This document shows, piece after piece, positions 35,301 through 50,300 of a stretch of DNA of 64,000 nucleotides. The stretch's first letter is position 1. The number at the start of each line of letters is the position of its first letter. The translations under genes and the position numbers were made by a program. This DNA comes from Mobula hypostoma (lineage: Eukaryota): assembly GCF_963921235.1 (NCBI RefSeq), contig NC_086107.1, positions 116,500,001 to 116,564,000 of the forward strand. The letters are read 5' to 3'. Below the pieces are notes generated by a model that made no database searches, had not been told where the DNA came from, and worked only from the letters and a program-made list of their open reading frames with translations.

Positions 35301-38300
35301 AAAGGGGGTTGATGGAGATTGCGGGGTGTCGGAGATGGGGAGAGGGGGTTGATGGAGATTGGAGGGTGTCGGAGATGGGGAGGGGTGTGTCGGAGATGGG
35401 GAGAAGGGGTTGATGGAGATTGAGGGGTGTCGGAGCTGGGGAGAGAGGGGTGTTGGAGATGGGGAGAGGCGGTTGATGGAGATTGGGGGTTGTCGGAGAT
35501 GGGGAGAGGGGGTTGATGGAGATTGAAGGGTGTCGGAGATGGGGAGAGAGGGGTGTTGGAGATGCGGAGAGGGGGTTGATGGAGATTGGGGGGTGTCGGA
35601 GATGGGGAGAGGGGGTTGATGGAGATTGAGGGGTGTCGGAGATGGGGAGAGAGGGGTGTTGGAGATGCGGAGAGGGGGTTGATGGAGATTGGGGGGTGTC
35701 GGAGATGGGGAGAGGGGGTTGATGGAGATTGAGGGGTGTCGGAGATGGGGAGAGAGGGGTGTTGGAGATGCGGAGAGGGGGTTGATGGAGATTGGGGGGT
35801 GTCGGAGATGAAGAGAGGGGGTTGATGGAGATTGAGGGGTGTCGGAGATGGGGAGAGGGGGATGATGGAGATTGGGGGGTGTCGGAAATGGGGAGAGGGG
35901 GGTGTTGGAGATGGGGAGAGGGGGCTGATGGAGATTGAGGGGTGTCGGAGATGGGGAGAGAGGGCTGTCGGAGATGGGGAGAGAGGGATTGATGGAGATG
36001 GGGAAAGAGGGGTTGTCGGAGATGGAGTAGAGAGGAGTTGATGGAGATGGGGAAAGGGGTTGTCGGAGATGGGGAGAGGGGTTGATGGAGATGGGGAGGG
36101 GGGTGTCAGAGATGTGGAGAGGGGTTGATGGAGATGGGGAGAGAAGGTTTGATGGAGATGTGGAGAGAGGGGGTGTCAGAGATTGGGGAGAGGGAGTGTC
36201 AGAGATTGGGAGAGAGGGGCCGTCGGAGATGGTGAGAGAGAGGTTGTCGGAGATGGGGAGAGGGGGGTTTTGGAGATGAGGAAGAGAGGGTGTGTCGGAG
36301 ATGGGGAGAGGGGTTGATGGAGATGGGGAGAGGGGGTTGATGGAGATGGGGGTGTCGGAGATGGGGAAAGAGGGGTTGTCGGAGATGGAGAGAGGGGTTG
36401 ATGGAGATGGGGAGAGCGGGTTGATGGAGATTGGGGGTGTTGTAGATGGGGAGAGGGGTTGATGGAGATGGGGAGGGGGGTGTCGGAGAGGGGGGAGAGA
36501 GGGTGTGTCAGAGATGGGGGAGAGAGAGGGTGTCAGAGATTGGGGAGAGGGAGTGTCAGAGATTGGGAGAGTGGGGTTGTCGGAGATGGGGAGAGAGGGG
36601 TTGTCGGAGATGGGGAGAGAGGAGTTGATGGAGATGGGGAAAGGGGTTGTCAGAGATGGGGAGAGGGGTTGATGGAGATGGGGAGAGGGGGTGTCGGAGG
36701 GGGAGAGAGGGGTTGTTGGAGATGGGGAGAGAGGGGTTGATGGAGATGGGGAGAGGGGTTGATGGAGATGGGGAGAGGGGGTTGATGGAGAATGGGAGGT
36801 GTCGGAGATGGGGAGAGGGGGTTGATGGAGATTGGGGGGTGTCGGAGATGGGGAGAGGGGGTTTATGGAGATTGAGGGGTGTCGGAGATGGAGAGCGGGG
36901 TTGATGGAGATTGGGGGGTGTTGGAGAGGGGGTTGATGGAGTTTGAGGGGTGTCGGATGGGGAGAGGGGTTGATGGAGATGGGGAGAGAGGGGTTGATGG
37001 AGATGGGGAGAGAGGGGTTGATGGAGATGGGGAGAGGGGTTGTTGGAGATGGGGAGAGAGGGGTTGATGGAGATGGGGAGAGAGGGGTGTTGGAAATGGG
37101 GAGAGGGGTTGATGGAGATGGGGAGAGGGGGTTGATGGAGAATGGGGGGTGACGGAGATGGGGAAAGGGGGTTGATGGAGATTGGGGGGGTGTCGGAGAT
37201 GGGGAGTGGGGTTGATGGAGATGAGGAGTTGTCAGAGATGGGGAGAGAGGGGTGTCGGAGATGGGGAGAGAGGGGTTGTCGGAGATGGGGAGAGGGGTTG
37301 ATGGAGATGGGGAGAGAGGGGTTGATGGAGATGGGGAGAGAGGGGTTGATGAAGATTGGGGAGGGGGGTGTCGGAGATGGGGAGAGAGGGTGTGTCGGAG
37401 ATGAAGAGAGAGGGGTTGATGGAGATGGGGGGTGTCGGAGATGGGGAAAGAGAGGTTGTCGGAGATGGAGAGAGGGGTTGATGGAGATTGGAGGGTGTTG
37501 GAGAGGGGGTTGATGGAGATTGAGGGGTGTCGGATGGGGAGAGGGGTTGATGGAGATGGGGAGAGAGGGGTTGATGGAGATGGGGAGAGGGGGTTTATGG
37601 AGATTGAGGGGTGTCGGAGATGGAGAGGGGGGTTGATGGAGATTGGAGGGTGTTGGAGAGGGGGTTGATGGAGATTGAGGGGTGTCGGATGGGGAGAGGG
37701 GTTGATGGAGATGGGGAGAGAGGGGTTGATGGAGATGGGGAGAGGGGGTGTCGGAGGGGGAGAGAGGGGTTGTTGGAGATGGGGAGAGAGGGGTTGATGG
37801 AGATGGGGAGAGGGGGTGTCTGAGATGGGGAGAGAGGGGTGTTGGAGATGGGGTGTGGGGTTGATGGAGATGGGGAGATGGGGTTGATGGAGAATGGGGG
37901 GTGACGGAGATGGGCAGAGGGGTTTGATGGAGATTGGGGGGTGTCCGAGATGGGGAGAGGGGATTGTCGGAGATGGGGAGAGGGTTTGATGGAGATTGAG
38001 GTGTGTCGGAGATGGGGAGAAGGGGTTGACGGAGATTGGGGGGTGTCAGAGATGGGGGAGGGGGGTGTCGGAGATGGGGAAAGGGGGTTGATGGAGATTG
38101 TGGGGTGTCGGAGATGGGGAGAGGGGGTTGATGGAGATTGGAGGGTGTCGGAGATGGGGAGGGGTGTGTCGGAGATGGGGAGAAGGGGTTGATGGAGATT
38201 GAGTGGTGTCGGAGATGGGGAGAGAGGGGTGTTGGAGATGGGGAGAAGGGGTTGATGGAGATTGAGGGGTGTCGGAGCTGGGGAGAGAGGGGTGTCGGAG

Positions 38301-41300
38301 ATGGGGAGAGGGGGTTGATGGAGATTGAGGGGTGTCGGAGATGGGGAGAGAGGGGTGTTGGAGATGCGGAGAGGGGGTTGATGGAGATTGGGGGGTGTCA
38401 GAGATGGGGAGAGGGGGTTGATGGAGATTGAGGGGTGTCGGAGATGGGGAGAGAGGGGTGTTGGAGATGCGGAGAGGGGGTTGATGGAGATTGGGGGGTG
38501 TCGGAGATGAAGAGAGGGGGTTGATGGAGATTGACGGGTGTCGGAGATGGGGAGAGGGGGATGATGGAGATTGGGGTGTGTCGGAGATGGGGAGAGGGGG
38601 GTGTCGGAGATGGGGAGAGGGGGTTGATGGAGATTGAGGGGTGTCGGAGATGGGGAGAGAGGGCTGTCGGAGATGGGGAGAGAGGGGTTGATGGAGATGG
38701 GGAAAGAGGGGTTGTCGGAGATGGAGAGAGAGGAGTTGATGGAGATGTGGAAAGGGGTTGTCGTAGATCGGGAGAGGGGTTGATGGAGATGGAGAGGGGG
38801 GTGTCAGAGATGTGGAGAGGGGTTGATGGAGATGGGGAGAGAAGGTTTGATGGAGATGTGGAGAGAGGGGGTGTCAGAGATTGGGGAGAGGGAGTGTCAG
38901 AGATTGGGAGAGAGGGGCCGTCGGAGATGGGGAGAGAGGGGTTGTCGGAGATGGGGAGAGGGGGGTTTTGGAGATGAGGAAGAGAGGGTGTGTCGGAGAT
39001 GGGGGAGGGAGGGTGTGTCGGAGATGGGGAGAGGGGTTGATGGAGATGGGGAGAGGGGGTTGATGGAGATGGGGGGTGTCGGAGATGGGGAAAGAGGGGT
39101 TGTCGGAGATGGAGAGAGGGGTTGATGGAGATGGGGAGAGCGGGTTGATGGAGATTGGGGGTGTTGGAGATGGGGAGAGGGGGTTGTCGGAGATGGAGAG
39201 AGGGGTTGATGGAGATGGGGAGAGCGGGTTGATGGAGATTGGGGGTGTTGTAGATGGGGAGAGGGGTTGATGGAGATGGGGAGGGGGGTGTCGGAGAGGG
39301 GGGAGAGAAGGTGTGTCAGAGATGGGGGAGAGAGGGGGTGTCAGAGATTGGGGAGAGGGAGTGTCAGAGATTGGGAGAGTGGGGCTGTCGGAGATGGGGA
39401 GAGAGGGGTTGTCGGAGATGGGGAGAGGGGGGTGTCGGAGATGAGGGAGAGAGGGTGTGTCGGAGATGGGGAGAGAGGGTTTGATGGAGATGTGGAGAGA
39501 GGGGTTGATGGAGATGGGGGGTGTCGGAGATGGAGAGAGGGGTTGATGGAGATGGGGAGGGGCTTGATGGAGATGGGGAGGGGGGGTGTCGGAGATGGGG
39601 AGAGAGGAGTTGATGGAGATGGGGAAAGGGGTTGTCGGAGATGGGAAGAGGGGGGTTGATGGAGATGGGGAGAGAAGGTTTGATGGAGATGGGGAGAGAG
39701 GGGTTGATGGAGATGGGGAGAGAGGGGTTGTCGGAGATGGGGAGGGGGGTGTCGGAGATGGGGAGAGAGGGTGTGTCGGAGATGAAGAGAGAGGGGTTGA
39801 TGGAGATGGGGGGTGTCGGAGATGGGGAAAGAGAGGTTGTCGGAGATGGAGAGAGGGGTTGATGGAGATGGGGAGAGGGGCTTGTCGGAGATGGGGAGAG
39901 AGGGGTGTTGGAGATGGGGAGAGGGGTTGATGGAGATGGGGAGAGGGGTTGATGGAGATGGGGAGAGAGGGGGTGTCGGAGATGGGGGAGAGGGAGTGTC
40001 AGAGATTGGGAGAGAGGGGCCGTCGGAGATGGGGAGAGAGGGGTTGATGGTGATGGGGAGAGGGGGTTGATGGAGATGGGTGTCCGAGATGGGGAAAGAG
40101 GGGTTGATGGAGATGGGTGTCGGAGATGGGGAAAGAGGGGTTGTCGGAGATGGAGGGAGGGGTTGATGGAGATGTGGAGAGAGAGGTTGATGGAGATGTG
40201 GAGAGAGGGGTTGTTGGAGATGGGGAGAGGGGTTGATGGAGATGGGGAGAGGGGTTGATGGAGATGGGGAGAGGGGGTTGATGGAGATGGGGGGTGTCGG
40301 AGATGGGCAGAGGGGGTTGATGGAGATTGGGGGGTGTCGGAGATGAGGAGAGGGGGTTTATGGAGATTGAGGGGTGTCGGAGATGGAGAGGGGGGTTGAT
40401 GGAGATTGGGGGGTGTTGGAGAGGGGGTTGATGGAGATTGAGGGGTGTCGGATGGGGAGAGGGGTTGATGGAGATGGGGAGAGAGGGTTTGATGGAGATG
40501 GGGAGAGGGGGTGTCGGAGGGGGAGAGAGGGGTTGTCGGAGATGGGGAGAGAGGGGTTGATGGAGATGGGGAGAGGGGGTGTCGGAGATGGGGAGAGAGG
40601 GGTGTTGGAGATGGGGAGAGGGGTTGATGGAGATGGGGAGAGGGGGTTGATGGAGAATGGGGGGTGACGGAGATGGGCAGAGGGGGTTGATGGAGATTGG
40701 GGGGTGTCGGAGATGGGGGGAGGGGATTGTCGGAGATGGGGAGAGGGGGTTGATGGAGATTGAGGGGTGTCGGAGATGGGGAGAGGGTGTTGATGGAGAT
40801 TGGGGGGTGTCAGAGATGGGGGGAGGGGGGTGTCGGAGATGGGGAAAGGGGGTTGATGGAGATTGAGGGGTGTCGGAGATGGGGAGAGGGGGTTGATGGA
40901 GATTGGAGGGTGTCGGAGATGGGGAGGGGTGTGTCGGAGATGGGGAGAAGGGGTTGATGGAGATTGAGTGGTGTCGGAGATGGGGAGAGAGGGGTGTTGG
41001 AGATGGGGAGAAGGGGTTGATGGAGATTGAGGGGTGTCGGAGCTGGGGAGAGAGGGGTGTCAGAGATGGGGAGAGGGGGTTGATGGAGATTGAGGGGTGT
41101 CGGAGATGGGGAGAGAGGGGTGTTGGAGATGTGGAGAGGGGGTTGATGGAGATTGAGGGGTGTCGGAGATAGGGAGAGAGGGGTGTTGGAGATGCGGAGA
41201 GGGGGTTGATGGAGATTGGGGGGTGTCGGAGATGAAGAGAGGGGGTTGATGGAGATTGACGGGTGTCGGAGATGGGGAGAGGGGGATGATGGAGATTGGG

Positions 41301-44300
41301 GGGTGTCGGAGATCGGGAGAGGGGGGTGTCGGAGATGGGGAGAGGGGGTTGATGGAGATTGAGGGGTGTCGGAGATGGGGAGAGAGGGCTGTCGGAGATG
41401 GGGAGAGAGGGGTTGATGGAGATGGGGAAAGAGGGGTTGTCGGAGATGGAGAGAGAGGAGTTGATGGAGATGGGGAAAGGGGTTGTCGGAGATGGGGAGA
41501 GGGGTTGATGGAGATGGGGAGGGGGGTGTCAGAGATGTGGAGAGGGGTTGATGGAGATGGGGAGAGAAGGTTTGATGGAGATGTGGAGAGAGGGGGTGTC
41601 AGAGATTGGGGAGAGGGAGTGTCAGAGATTGGGAGAGAGGGGCCGTCGGAGATGGGGAGAGAGGGGTTGTCGGAGATGGGGAGAGGGGGGTTTTGGAGAT
41701 GAGGAAGAGAGGGTGTGTCGGAGATGGGGGAGAGAGGGTGTGTCGGAGATGGGGAGAGGGGTTGATGGAGATGGGGAGAGGGGGTTGATGGAGATGGGGG
41801 GTGTCGGAGATGGGGAAAGAGGGGTTGTCGGAGATGGAGAGAGGGGTTGATGGAGATGGGGAGAGCGGGTTGATGGAGATTGGGGGTGTTGTAGATGGGG
41901 AGAGGGGTTAATGGAGATGGGGAGGGGGGTGTCGGAGAGGGGGGAGAGAGGGTGTGTCAGAGATGGGGGAGAGAGGGGGTGTCAGAGATTGGGGAGAGGG
42001 AGTGTCAGAGATTGGGAGAGTGGGGCTGTCGTTGATGGGGAGAGAGGGGTTGTCGGAGATGGGGAGAGGGGGGTGTCGGAGATGAGGGAGAGAGGGTGTG
42101 TCGGAGATGGGGAGAGAGGGTTTGATGGAGATGTGGAGAGAGGGGTTGATGGAGATGGGGGGTGTCGGAGATGGAGAGAGGGGTTGATGGAGATGGGGAG
42201 GGGCTTGATGGAGATGGGGAGGGGAGGTGTCGGAGATGGGGAGAGAGGAGTTGATGGAGATGGGGAAAGGGGTTGTCGGAGATGGGAAGAGGGGGGTTGA
42301 TGGAGATGGGGAGAGAAGGTTTGATGGAGATGGGGAGAGAGGGGTTGATGGAGATGGGGAGAGAGGGGTTGATGGAGATGGGGAGAGAGGGGTTGTCGGA
42401 GATGGGGAGGGGGGGTGTCGGAGATGGGGAGAGAGGGTGTGTCGGAGATGAAGAGAGAGGGGTTGATGGAGATGGGGGGTGTCGGAGATGGGGAAAGAGG
42501 GGTTGTCGGAGATGGAGAGAGGGGTTGATGGAGATGGGGAGAGGGGGTTGATGGAGATTGGGGGGTGACGGAGATGGGGAGAGGGGGTTGTCGGAGATGG
42601 GGAGAGAGGGGTGTTGGAGATGGGGAGAGGGGTTGATGGAGATTGAGGGGTGTCGGAGATGGGGAGAGAGGGGTGTTGGAGATGGGGAGAAGGGGTTGAT
42701 GGAGATTGAGGGGTGTCGGAGCTGGGGAGAGAGGGGTGTCAGAGATGGGGAGAGGGGGTTGATGGAGATTGAGGGGTGTCGGAGATGGGGAGAGAGGGGT
42801 GTTGGAGATGTGGAGAGGGGGTTGATGGAGATTGGGGGGTGTCGGAGATGGGGAGAGGGGGTTGATGGAGATTGAGGGGTGTCGGAGATAGGGAGAGAGG
42901 GGTGTTGGAGATGCGGAGAGGGGGTTGATGGAGATTGGGGGGTGTCGGAGATGAAGAGAGGGGGTTGATGGAGATTGACGGGTGTCGGAGATGGGGAGAG
43001 GGGGATGATGGAGATTGGGGGGTGTCGGAGATCGGGAGAGGGGGGTGTCGGAGATGGGGAGAGGGGGTTGATGGAGATTGAGGGGTGTCGGAGATGGGGA
43101 GAGAGGGCTGTCGGAGATGGGGAGAGAGGGGTTGATGGAGATGGGGAAAGAGGGGTTGTCGGAGATGGAGAGAGAGGAGTTGATGGAGATGGGGAAAGGG
43201 GTTGTCGGAGATGGGGAGAGGGGTTGATGGAGATGGGGAGGGGGGTGTCAGAGATGTGGAGAGGGGTTGATGGAGATGGGGAGAGAAGGTTTGATGGAGA
43301 TGTGGAGAGAGGGGGTGTCAGAGATTGGGGAGAGGGAGTGTCAGAGATTGGGAGAGAGGGGCCGTCGGAGATGGGGAGAGAGGGGTTGTCGGAGATGGGG
43401 AGAGGGGGGTTTTGGAGATGAGGAAGAGAGGGTGTGTCGGAGATGGGGGAGAGAGGGTGTGTCGGAGATGGGGAGAGGGGTTGATGGAGATGGGGAGAGG
43501 GGGTTGATGGAGATGGGGGGTGTCGGAGATGGGGAAAGAGGGGTTGTCGGAGATGGAGAGAGGGGTTGATGGAGATGGGGAGAGCGGGTTGATGGAGATT
43601 GGGGGTGTTGTAGATGGGGAGAGGGGTTAATGGAGATGGGGAGGGGGGTGTCGGAGAGGGGGGAGAGAGGGTGTGTCAGAGATGGGGGAGAGAGGGGGTG
43701 TCAGAGATTGGGGAGAGGGAGTGTCAGAGATTGGGAGAGTGGGGCTGTCGGAGATGGGGAGAGAGGGGTTGTCGGAGATGGGGAGAGGGGGGTGTCGGAG
43801 ATGAGGGAGAGAGGGTGTGTCGGAGATGGGGAGAGAGGGTTTGATGGAGATGTGGAGAGAGGGGTTGATGGAGATGGGGGGTGTCGGAGATGGAGAGAGG
43901 GGTTGATGGAGATGGGGAGGGGCTTGATGGAGATGGGGAGGGGAGGTGTCGGAGATGGGGAGAGAGGAGTTGATGGAGATGGGGAAAGGGGTTGTCGGAG
44001 ATGGGAAGAGGGGGGTTGATGGAGATGGGGAGAGAAGGTTTGATGGAGATGGGGAGAGAGGGGTTGATGGAGATGGGGAGAGAGGGGTTGATGGAGATGG
44101 GGAGAGAGGGGTTGTCGGAGATGGGGAGGGGGGGTGTCGGAGATGGGGAGAGAGGGTGTGTCGGAGATGAAGAGAGAGGGGTTGATGGAGATGGGGGGTG
44201 TCGGAGATGGGGAAAGAGGGGTTGTCGGAGATGGAGAGAGGGGTTGATGGAGATGGGGAGAGGGGGTTGATGGAGATTGGGGGGTGTCGGAGATGGGGAG

Positions 44301-47300
44301 AGGGGGTTGTCGGAGATGGGGAGAGAGGGGTGTTGGAGATGGGGAGAGGGGTTGATGGAGATGGGGAGAGGGGTTGATGGAGATGGGGAGAGAGGGGGTG
44401 TCGGAGATGGGGGAGAGGGAGTGTCAGAGATTGGGAGAGAGGGGCCGTCGGAGATGGGGAGAGAGGGGTTGATGGAGATGGGGAGAGGGGGTTGATGGAG
44501 ATGGGTGTCNNNNNNNNNNNNNNNNNNNNNNNNNNNNNNNNNNNNNNNNNNNNNNNNNNNNNNNNNNNNNNNNNNNNNNNNNNNNNNNNNNNNNNNNNNN
44601 NNNNNNNNNNNNNNNNNNNNNNNNNNNNNNNNNNNNNNNNNNNNNNNNNNNNNNNNNNNNNNNNNNNNNNNNNNNNNNNNNNNNNNNNNNNNNNNNNNNN
44701 NNNNNNNNNTCGGATGGGGAGAGGGGTTGATGGAGATGGGGAGAGAGGGGTTGATGGAGATGGGGAGAGGGGGTTTATGGAGATTGAGGGGTGTCGGAGA
44801 TGGAGAGGGGGGTTGATGGAGATTGGAGGGTGTTGGAGAGGGGGTTGATGGAGATTGAGGGGTGTCGGATGGGGAGAGGGGTTGATGGAGATGGGGAGAG
44901 AGGGGTTGATGGAGATGGGGAGAGGGGGTGTCGGAGGGGGAGAGAGGGGTTGTTGGAGATGGGGAGAGAGGGGTTGATGGAGATGGGGAGAGGGGGTGTC
45001 TGAGATGGGGAGAGAGGGGTGTTGGAGATGGGGAGAGGGGTTGATGGAGATGGGGAGATGGGGTTGATGGAGAATGGGGGGTGACGGAGATGGGCAGAGG
45101 GGTTTGATGGAGATTGGGGGGTGTCCGAGATGGGGAGAGGGGATTGTCGGAGATGGGGAGAGGGTTTGATGGAGATTGAGGTGTGTCGGAGATGGGGAGA
45201 AGGGGTTGACGGAGATTGGGGGGTGTCAGAGATGGGGGAGGGGGGTGTCGGAGATGGGGAAAGGGGGTTGATGGAGATTGTGGGGTGTCGGAGATGGGGA
45301 GAGGGGGTTGATGGAGATTGGAGGGTGTCGGAGATGGGGAGGGGTGTGTCGGAGATGGGGAGAAGGGGTTGATGGAGATTGAGTGGTGTCGGAGATGGGG
45401 AGAGAGGGGTGTTGGAGATGGGGAGAAGGGGTTGATGGAGATTGAGGGGTGTCGGAGCTGGGGAGAGAGGGGTGTCGGAGATGGGGAGAGGGGGTTGATG
45501 GAGATTGAGGGGTGTCGGAGATGGGGAGAGAGGGGTGTTGGAGATGCGGAGAGGGGGTTGATGGAGATTGGGGGGTGTCAGAGATGGGGAGAGGGGGTTG
45601 ATGGAGATTGAGGGGTGTCGGAGATGGGGAGAGAGGGGTGTTGGAGATGCGGAGAGGGGGTTGATGGAGATTGGGGGGTGTCGGAGATGAAGAGAGGGGG
45701 TTGATGGAGATTGACGGGTGTCGGAGATGGGGAGAGGGGGATGATGGAGATTGGGGTGTGTCGGAGATGGGGAGAGGGGGGTGTCGGAGATGGGGAGAGG
45801 GGGTTGATGGAGATTGAGGGGTGTCGGAGATGGGGAGAGAGGGCTGTCGGAGATGGGGAGAGAGGGGTTGATGGAGATGGGGAAAGAGGGGTTGTCGGAG
45901 ATGGAGAGAGAGGAGTTGATGGAGATGTGGAAAGGGGTTGTCGTAGATCGGGAGAGGGGTTGATGGAGATGGAGAGGGGGGTGTCAGAGATGTGGAGAGG
46001 GGTTGATGGAGATGGGGAGAGAAGGTTTGATGGAGATGTGGAGAGAGGGGGTGTCAGAGATTGGGGAGAGGGAGTGTCAGAGATTGGGAGAGAGGGGCCG
46101 TCGGAGATGGGGAGAGAGGGGTTGTCGGAGATGGGGAGAGGGGGGTTTTGGAGATGAGGAAGAGAGGGTGTGTCGGAGATGGGGGAGGGAGGGTGTGTCG
46201 GAGATGGGGAGAGGGGTTGATGGAGATGGGGAGAGGGGGTTGATGGAGATGGGGGGTGTCGGAGATGGGGAAAGAGGGGTTGTCGGAGATGGAGAGAGGG
46301 GTTGATGGAGATGGGGAGAGCGGGTTGATGGAGATTGGGGGTGTTGGAGATGGGGAGAGGGGGTTGTCGGAGATGGAGAGAGGGGTTGATGGAGATGGGG
46401 AGAGCGGGTTGATGGAGATTGGGGGTGTTGTAGATGGGGAGAGGGGTTGATGGAGATGGGGAGGGGGGTGTCGGAGAGGGGGGAGAGAAGGTGTGTCAGA
46501 GATGGGGGAGAGAGGGGGTGTCAGAGATTGGGGAGAGGGAGTGTCAGAGATTGGGAGAGTGGGGCTGTCGGAGATGGGGAGAGAGGGGTTGTCGGAGATG
46601 GGGAGAGGGGGGTGTCGGAGATGAGGGAGAGAGGGTGTGTCGGAGATGGGGAGAGAGGGTTTGATGGAGATGTGGAGAGAGGGGTTGATGGAGATGGGGG
46701 GTGTCGGAGATGGAGAGAGGGGTTGATGGAGATGGGGAGGGGCTTGATGGAGATGGGGAGGGGGGGTGTCGGAGATGGGGAGAGAGGAGTTGATGGAGAT
46801 GGGGAAAGGGGTTGTCGGAGATGGGAAGAGGGGGGTTGATGGAGATGGGGAGAGAAGGTTTGATGGAGATGGGGAGAGAGGGGTTGATGGAGATGGGGAG
46901 AGAGGGGTTGTCGGAGATGGGGAGGGGGGTGTCGGAGATGGGGAGAGAGGGTGTGTCGGAGATGAAGAGAGAGGGGTTGATGGAGATGGGGGGTGTCGGA
47001 GATGGGGAAAGAGAGGTTGTCGGAGATGGAGAGAGGGGTTGATGGAGATGGGGAGAGGGGCTTGTCGGAGATGGGGAGAGAGGGGTGTTGGAGATGGGGA
47101 GAGGGGTTGATGGAGATGGGGAGAGGGGTTGATGGAGATGGGGAGAGAGGGGGTGTCGGAGATGGGGGAGAGGGAGTGTCAGAGATTGGGAGAGAGGGGC
47201 CGTCGGAGATGGGGAGAGAGGGGTTGATGGTGATGGGGAGAGGGGGTTGATGGAGATGGGTGTCCGAGATGGGGAAAGAGGGGTTGATGGAGATGGGTGT

Positions 47301-50300
47301 CGGAGATGGGGAAAGAGGGGTTGTCGGAGATGGAGGGAGGGGTTGATGGAGATGTGGAGAGAGAGGTTGATGGAGATGTGGAGAGAGGGGTTGTTGGAGA
47401 TGGGGAGAGGGGTTGATGGAGATGGGGAGAGGGGTTGATGGAGATGGGGAGAGGGGGTTGATGGAGATGGGGGGTGTCGGAGATGGGCAGAGGGGGTTGA
47501 TGGAGATTGGGGGGTGTCGGAGATGAGGAGAGGGGGTTTATGGAGATTGAGGGGTGTCGGAGATGGAGAGGGGGGTTGATGGAGATTGGGGGGTGTTGGA
47601 GAGGGGGTTGATGGAGATTGAGGGGTGTCGGATGGGGAGAGGGGTTGATGGAGATGGGGAGAGAGGGTTTGATGGAGATGGGGAGAGGGGGTGTCGGAGG
47701 GGGAGAGAGGGGTTGTCGGAGATGGGGAGAGAGGGGTTGATGGAGATGGGGAGAGGGGGTGTCGGAGATGGGGAGAGAGGGGTGTTGGAGATGGGGAGAG
47801 GGGTTGATGGAGATGGGGAGAGGGGGTTGATGGAGAATGGGGGGTGACGGAGATGGGCAGAGGGGGTTGATGGAGATTGGGGGGTGTCGGAGATGGGGGG
47901 AGGGGATTGTCGGAGATGGGGAGAGGGGGTTGATGGAGATTGAGGGGTGTCGGAGATGGGGAGAGGGTGTTGATGGAGATTGGGGGGTGTCAGAGATGGG
48001 GGGAGGGGGGTGTCGGAGATGGGGAAAGGGGGTTGATGGAGATTGAGGGGTGTCGGAGATGGGGAGAGGGGGTTGATGGAGATTGGAGGGTGTCGGAGAT
48101 GGGGAGGGGTGTGTCGGAGATGGGGAGAAGGGGTTGATGGAGATTGAGTGGTGTCGGAGATGGGGAGAGAGGGGTGTTGGAGATGGGGAGAAGGGGTTGA
48201 TGGAGATTGAGGGGTGTCGGAGCTGGGGAGAGAGGGGTGTCAGAGATGGGGAGAGGGGGTTGATGGAGATTGAGGGGTGTCGGAGATGGGGAGAGAGGGG
48301 TGTTGGAGATGTGGAGAGGGGGTTGATGGAGATTGAGGGGTGTCGGAGATAGGGAGAGAGGGGTGTTGGAGATGCGGAGAGGGGGTTGATGGAGATTGGG
48401 GGGTGTCGGAGATGAAGAGAGGGGGTTGATGGAGATTGACGGGTGTCGGAGATGGGGAGAGGGGGATGATGGAGATTGGGGGGTGTCGGAGATCGGGAGA
48501 GGGGGGTGTCGGAGATGGGGAGAGGGGGTTGATGGAGATTGAGGGGTGTCGGAGATGGGGAGAGAGGGCTGTCGGAGATGGGGAGAGAGGGGTTGATGGA
48601 GATGGGGAAAGAGGGGTTGTCGGAGATGGAGAGAGAGGAGTTGATGGAGATGGGGAAAGGGGTTGTCGGAGATGGGGAGAGGGGTTGATGGAGATGGGGA
48701 GGGGGGTGTCAGAGATGTGGAGAGGGGTTGATGGAGATGGGGAGAGAAGGTTTGATGGAGATGTGGAGAGAGGGGGTGTCAGAGATTGGGGAGAGGGAGT
48801 GTCAGAGATTGGGAGAGAGGGGCCGTCGGAGATGGGGAGAGAGGGGTTGTCGGAGATGGGGAGAGGGGGGTTTTGGAGATGAGGAAGAGAGGGTGTGTCG
48901 GAGATGGGGGAGAGAGGGTGTGTCGGAGATGGGGAGAGGGGTTGATGGAGATGGGGAGAGGGGGTTGATGGAGATGGGGGGTGTCGGAGATGGGGAAAGA
49001 GGGGTTGTCGGAGATGGAGAGAGGGGTTGATGGAGATGGGGAGAGCGGGTTGATGGAGATTGGGGGTGTTGTAGATGGGGAGAGGGGTTAATGGAGATGG
49101 GGAGGGGGGTGTCGGAGAGGGGGGAGAGAGGGTGTGTCAGAGATGGGGGAGAGAGGGGGTGTCAGAGATTGGGGAGAGGGAGTGTCAGAGATTGGGAGAG
49201 TGGGGCTGTCGTTGATGGGGAGAGAGGGGTTGTCGGAGATGGGGAGAGGGGGGTGTCGGAGATGAGGGAGAGAGGGTGTGTCGGAGATGGGGAGAGAGGG
49301 TTTGATGGAGATGTGGAGAGAGGGGTTGATGGAGATGGGGGGTGTCGGAGATGGAGAGAGGGGTTGATGGAGATGGGGAGGGGCTTGATGGAGATGGGGA
49401 GGGGAGGTGTCGGAGATGGGGAGAGAGGAGTTGATGGAGATGGGGAAAGGGGTTGTCGGAGATGGGAAGAGGGGGGTTGATGGAGATGGGGAGAGAAGGT
49501 TTGATGGAGATGGGGAGAGAGGGGTTGATGGAGATGGGGAGAGAGGGGTTGATGGAGATGGGGAGAGAGGGGTTGTCGGAGATGGGGAGGGGGGGTGTCG
49601 GAGATGGGGAGAGAGGGTGTGTCGGAGATGAAGAGAGAGGGGTTGATGGAGATGGGGGGTGTCGGAGATGGGGAAAGAGGGGTTGTCGGAGATGGAGAGA
49701 GGGGTTGATGGAGATGGGGAGAGGGGGTTGATGGAGATTGGGGGGTGACGGAGATGGGGAGAGGGGGTTGTCGGAGATGGGGAGAGAGGGGTGTTGGAGA
49801 TGGGGAGAGGGGTTGATGGAGATTGAGGGGTGTCGGAGATGGGGAGAGAGGGGTGTTGGAGATGGGGAGAAGGGGTTGATGGAGATTGAGGGGTGTCGGA
49901 GCTGGGGAGAGAGGGGTGTCAGAGATGGGGAGAGGGGGTTGATGGAGATTGAGGGGTGTCGGAGATGGGGAGAGAGGGGTGTTGGAGATGTGGAGAGGGG
50001 GTTGATGGAGATTGGGGGGTGTCGGAGATGGGGAGAGGGGGTTGATGGAGATTGAGGGGTGTCGGAGATAGGGAGAGAGGGGTGTTGGAGATGCGGAGAG
50101 GGGGTTGATGGAGATTGGGGGGTGTCGGAGATGAAGAGAGGGGGTTGATGGAGATTGACGGGTGTCGGAGATGGGGAGAGGGGGATGATGGAGATTGGGG
50201 GGTGTCGGAGATCGGGAGAGGGGGGTGTCGGAGATGGGGAGAGGGGGTTGATGGAGATTGAGGGGTGTCGGAGATGGGGAGAGAGGGCTGTCGGAGATGG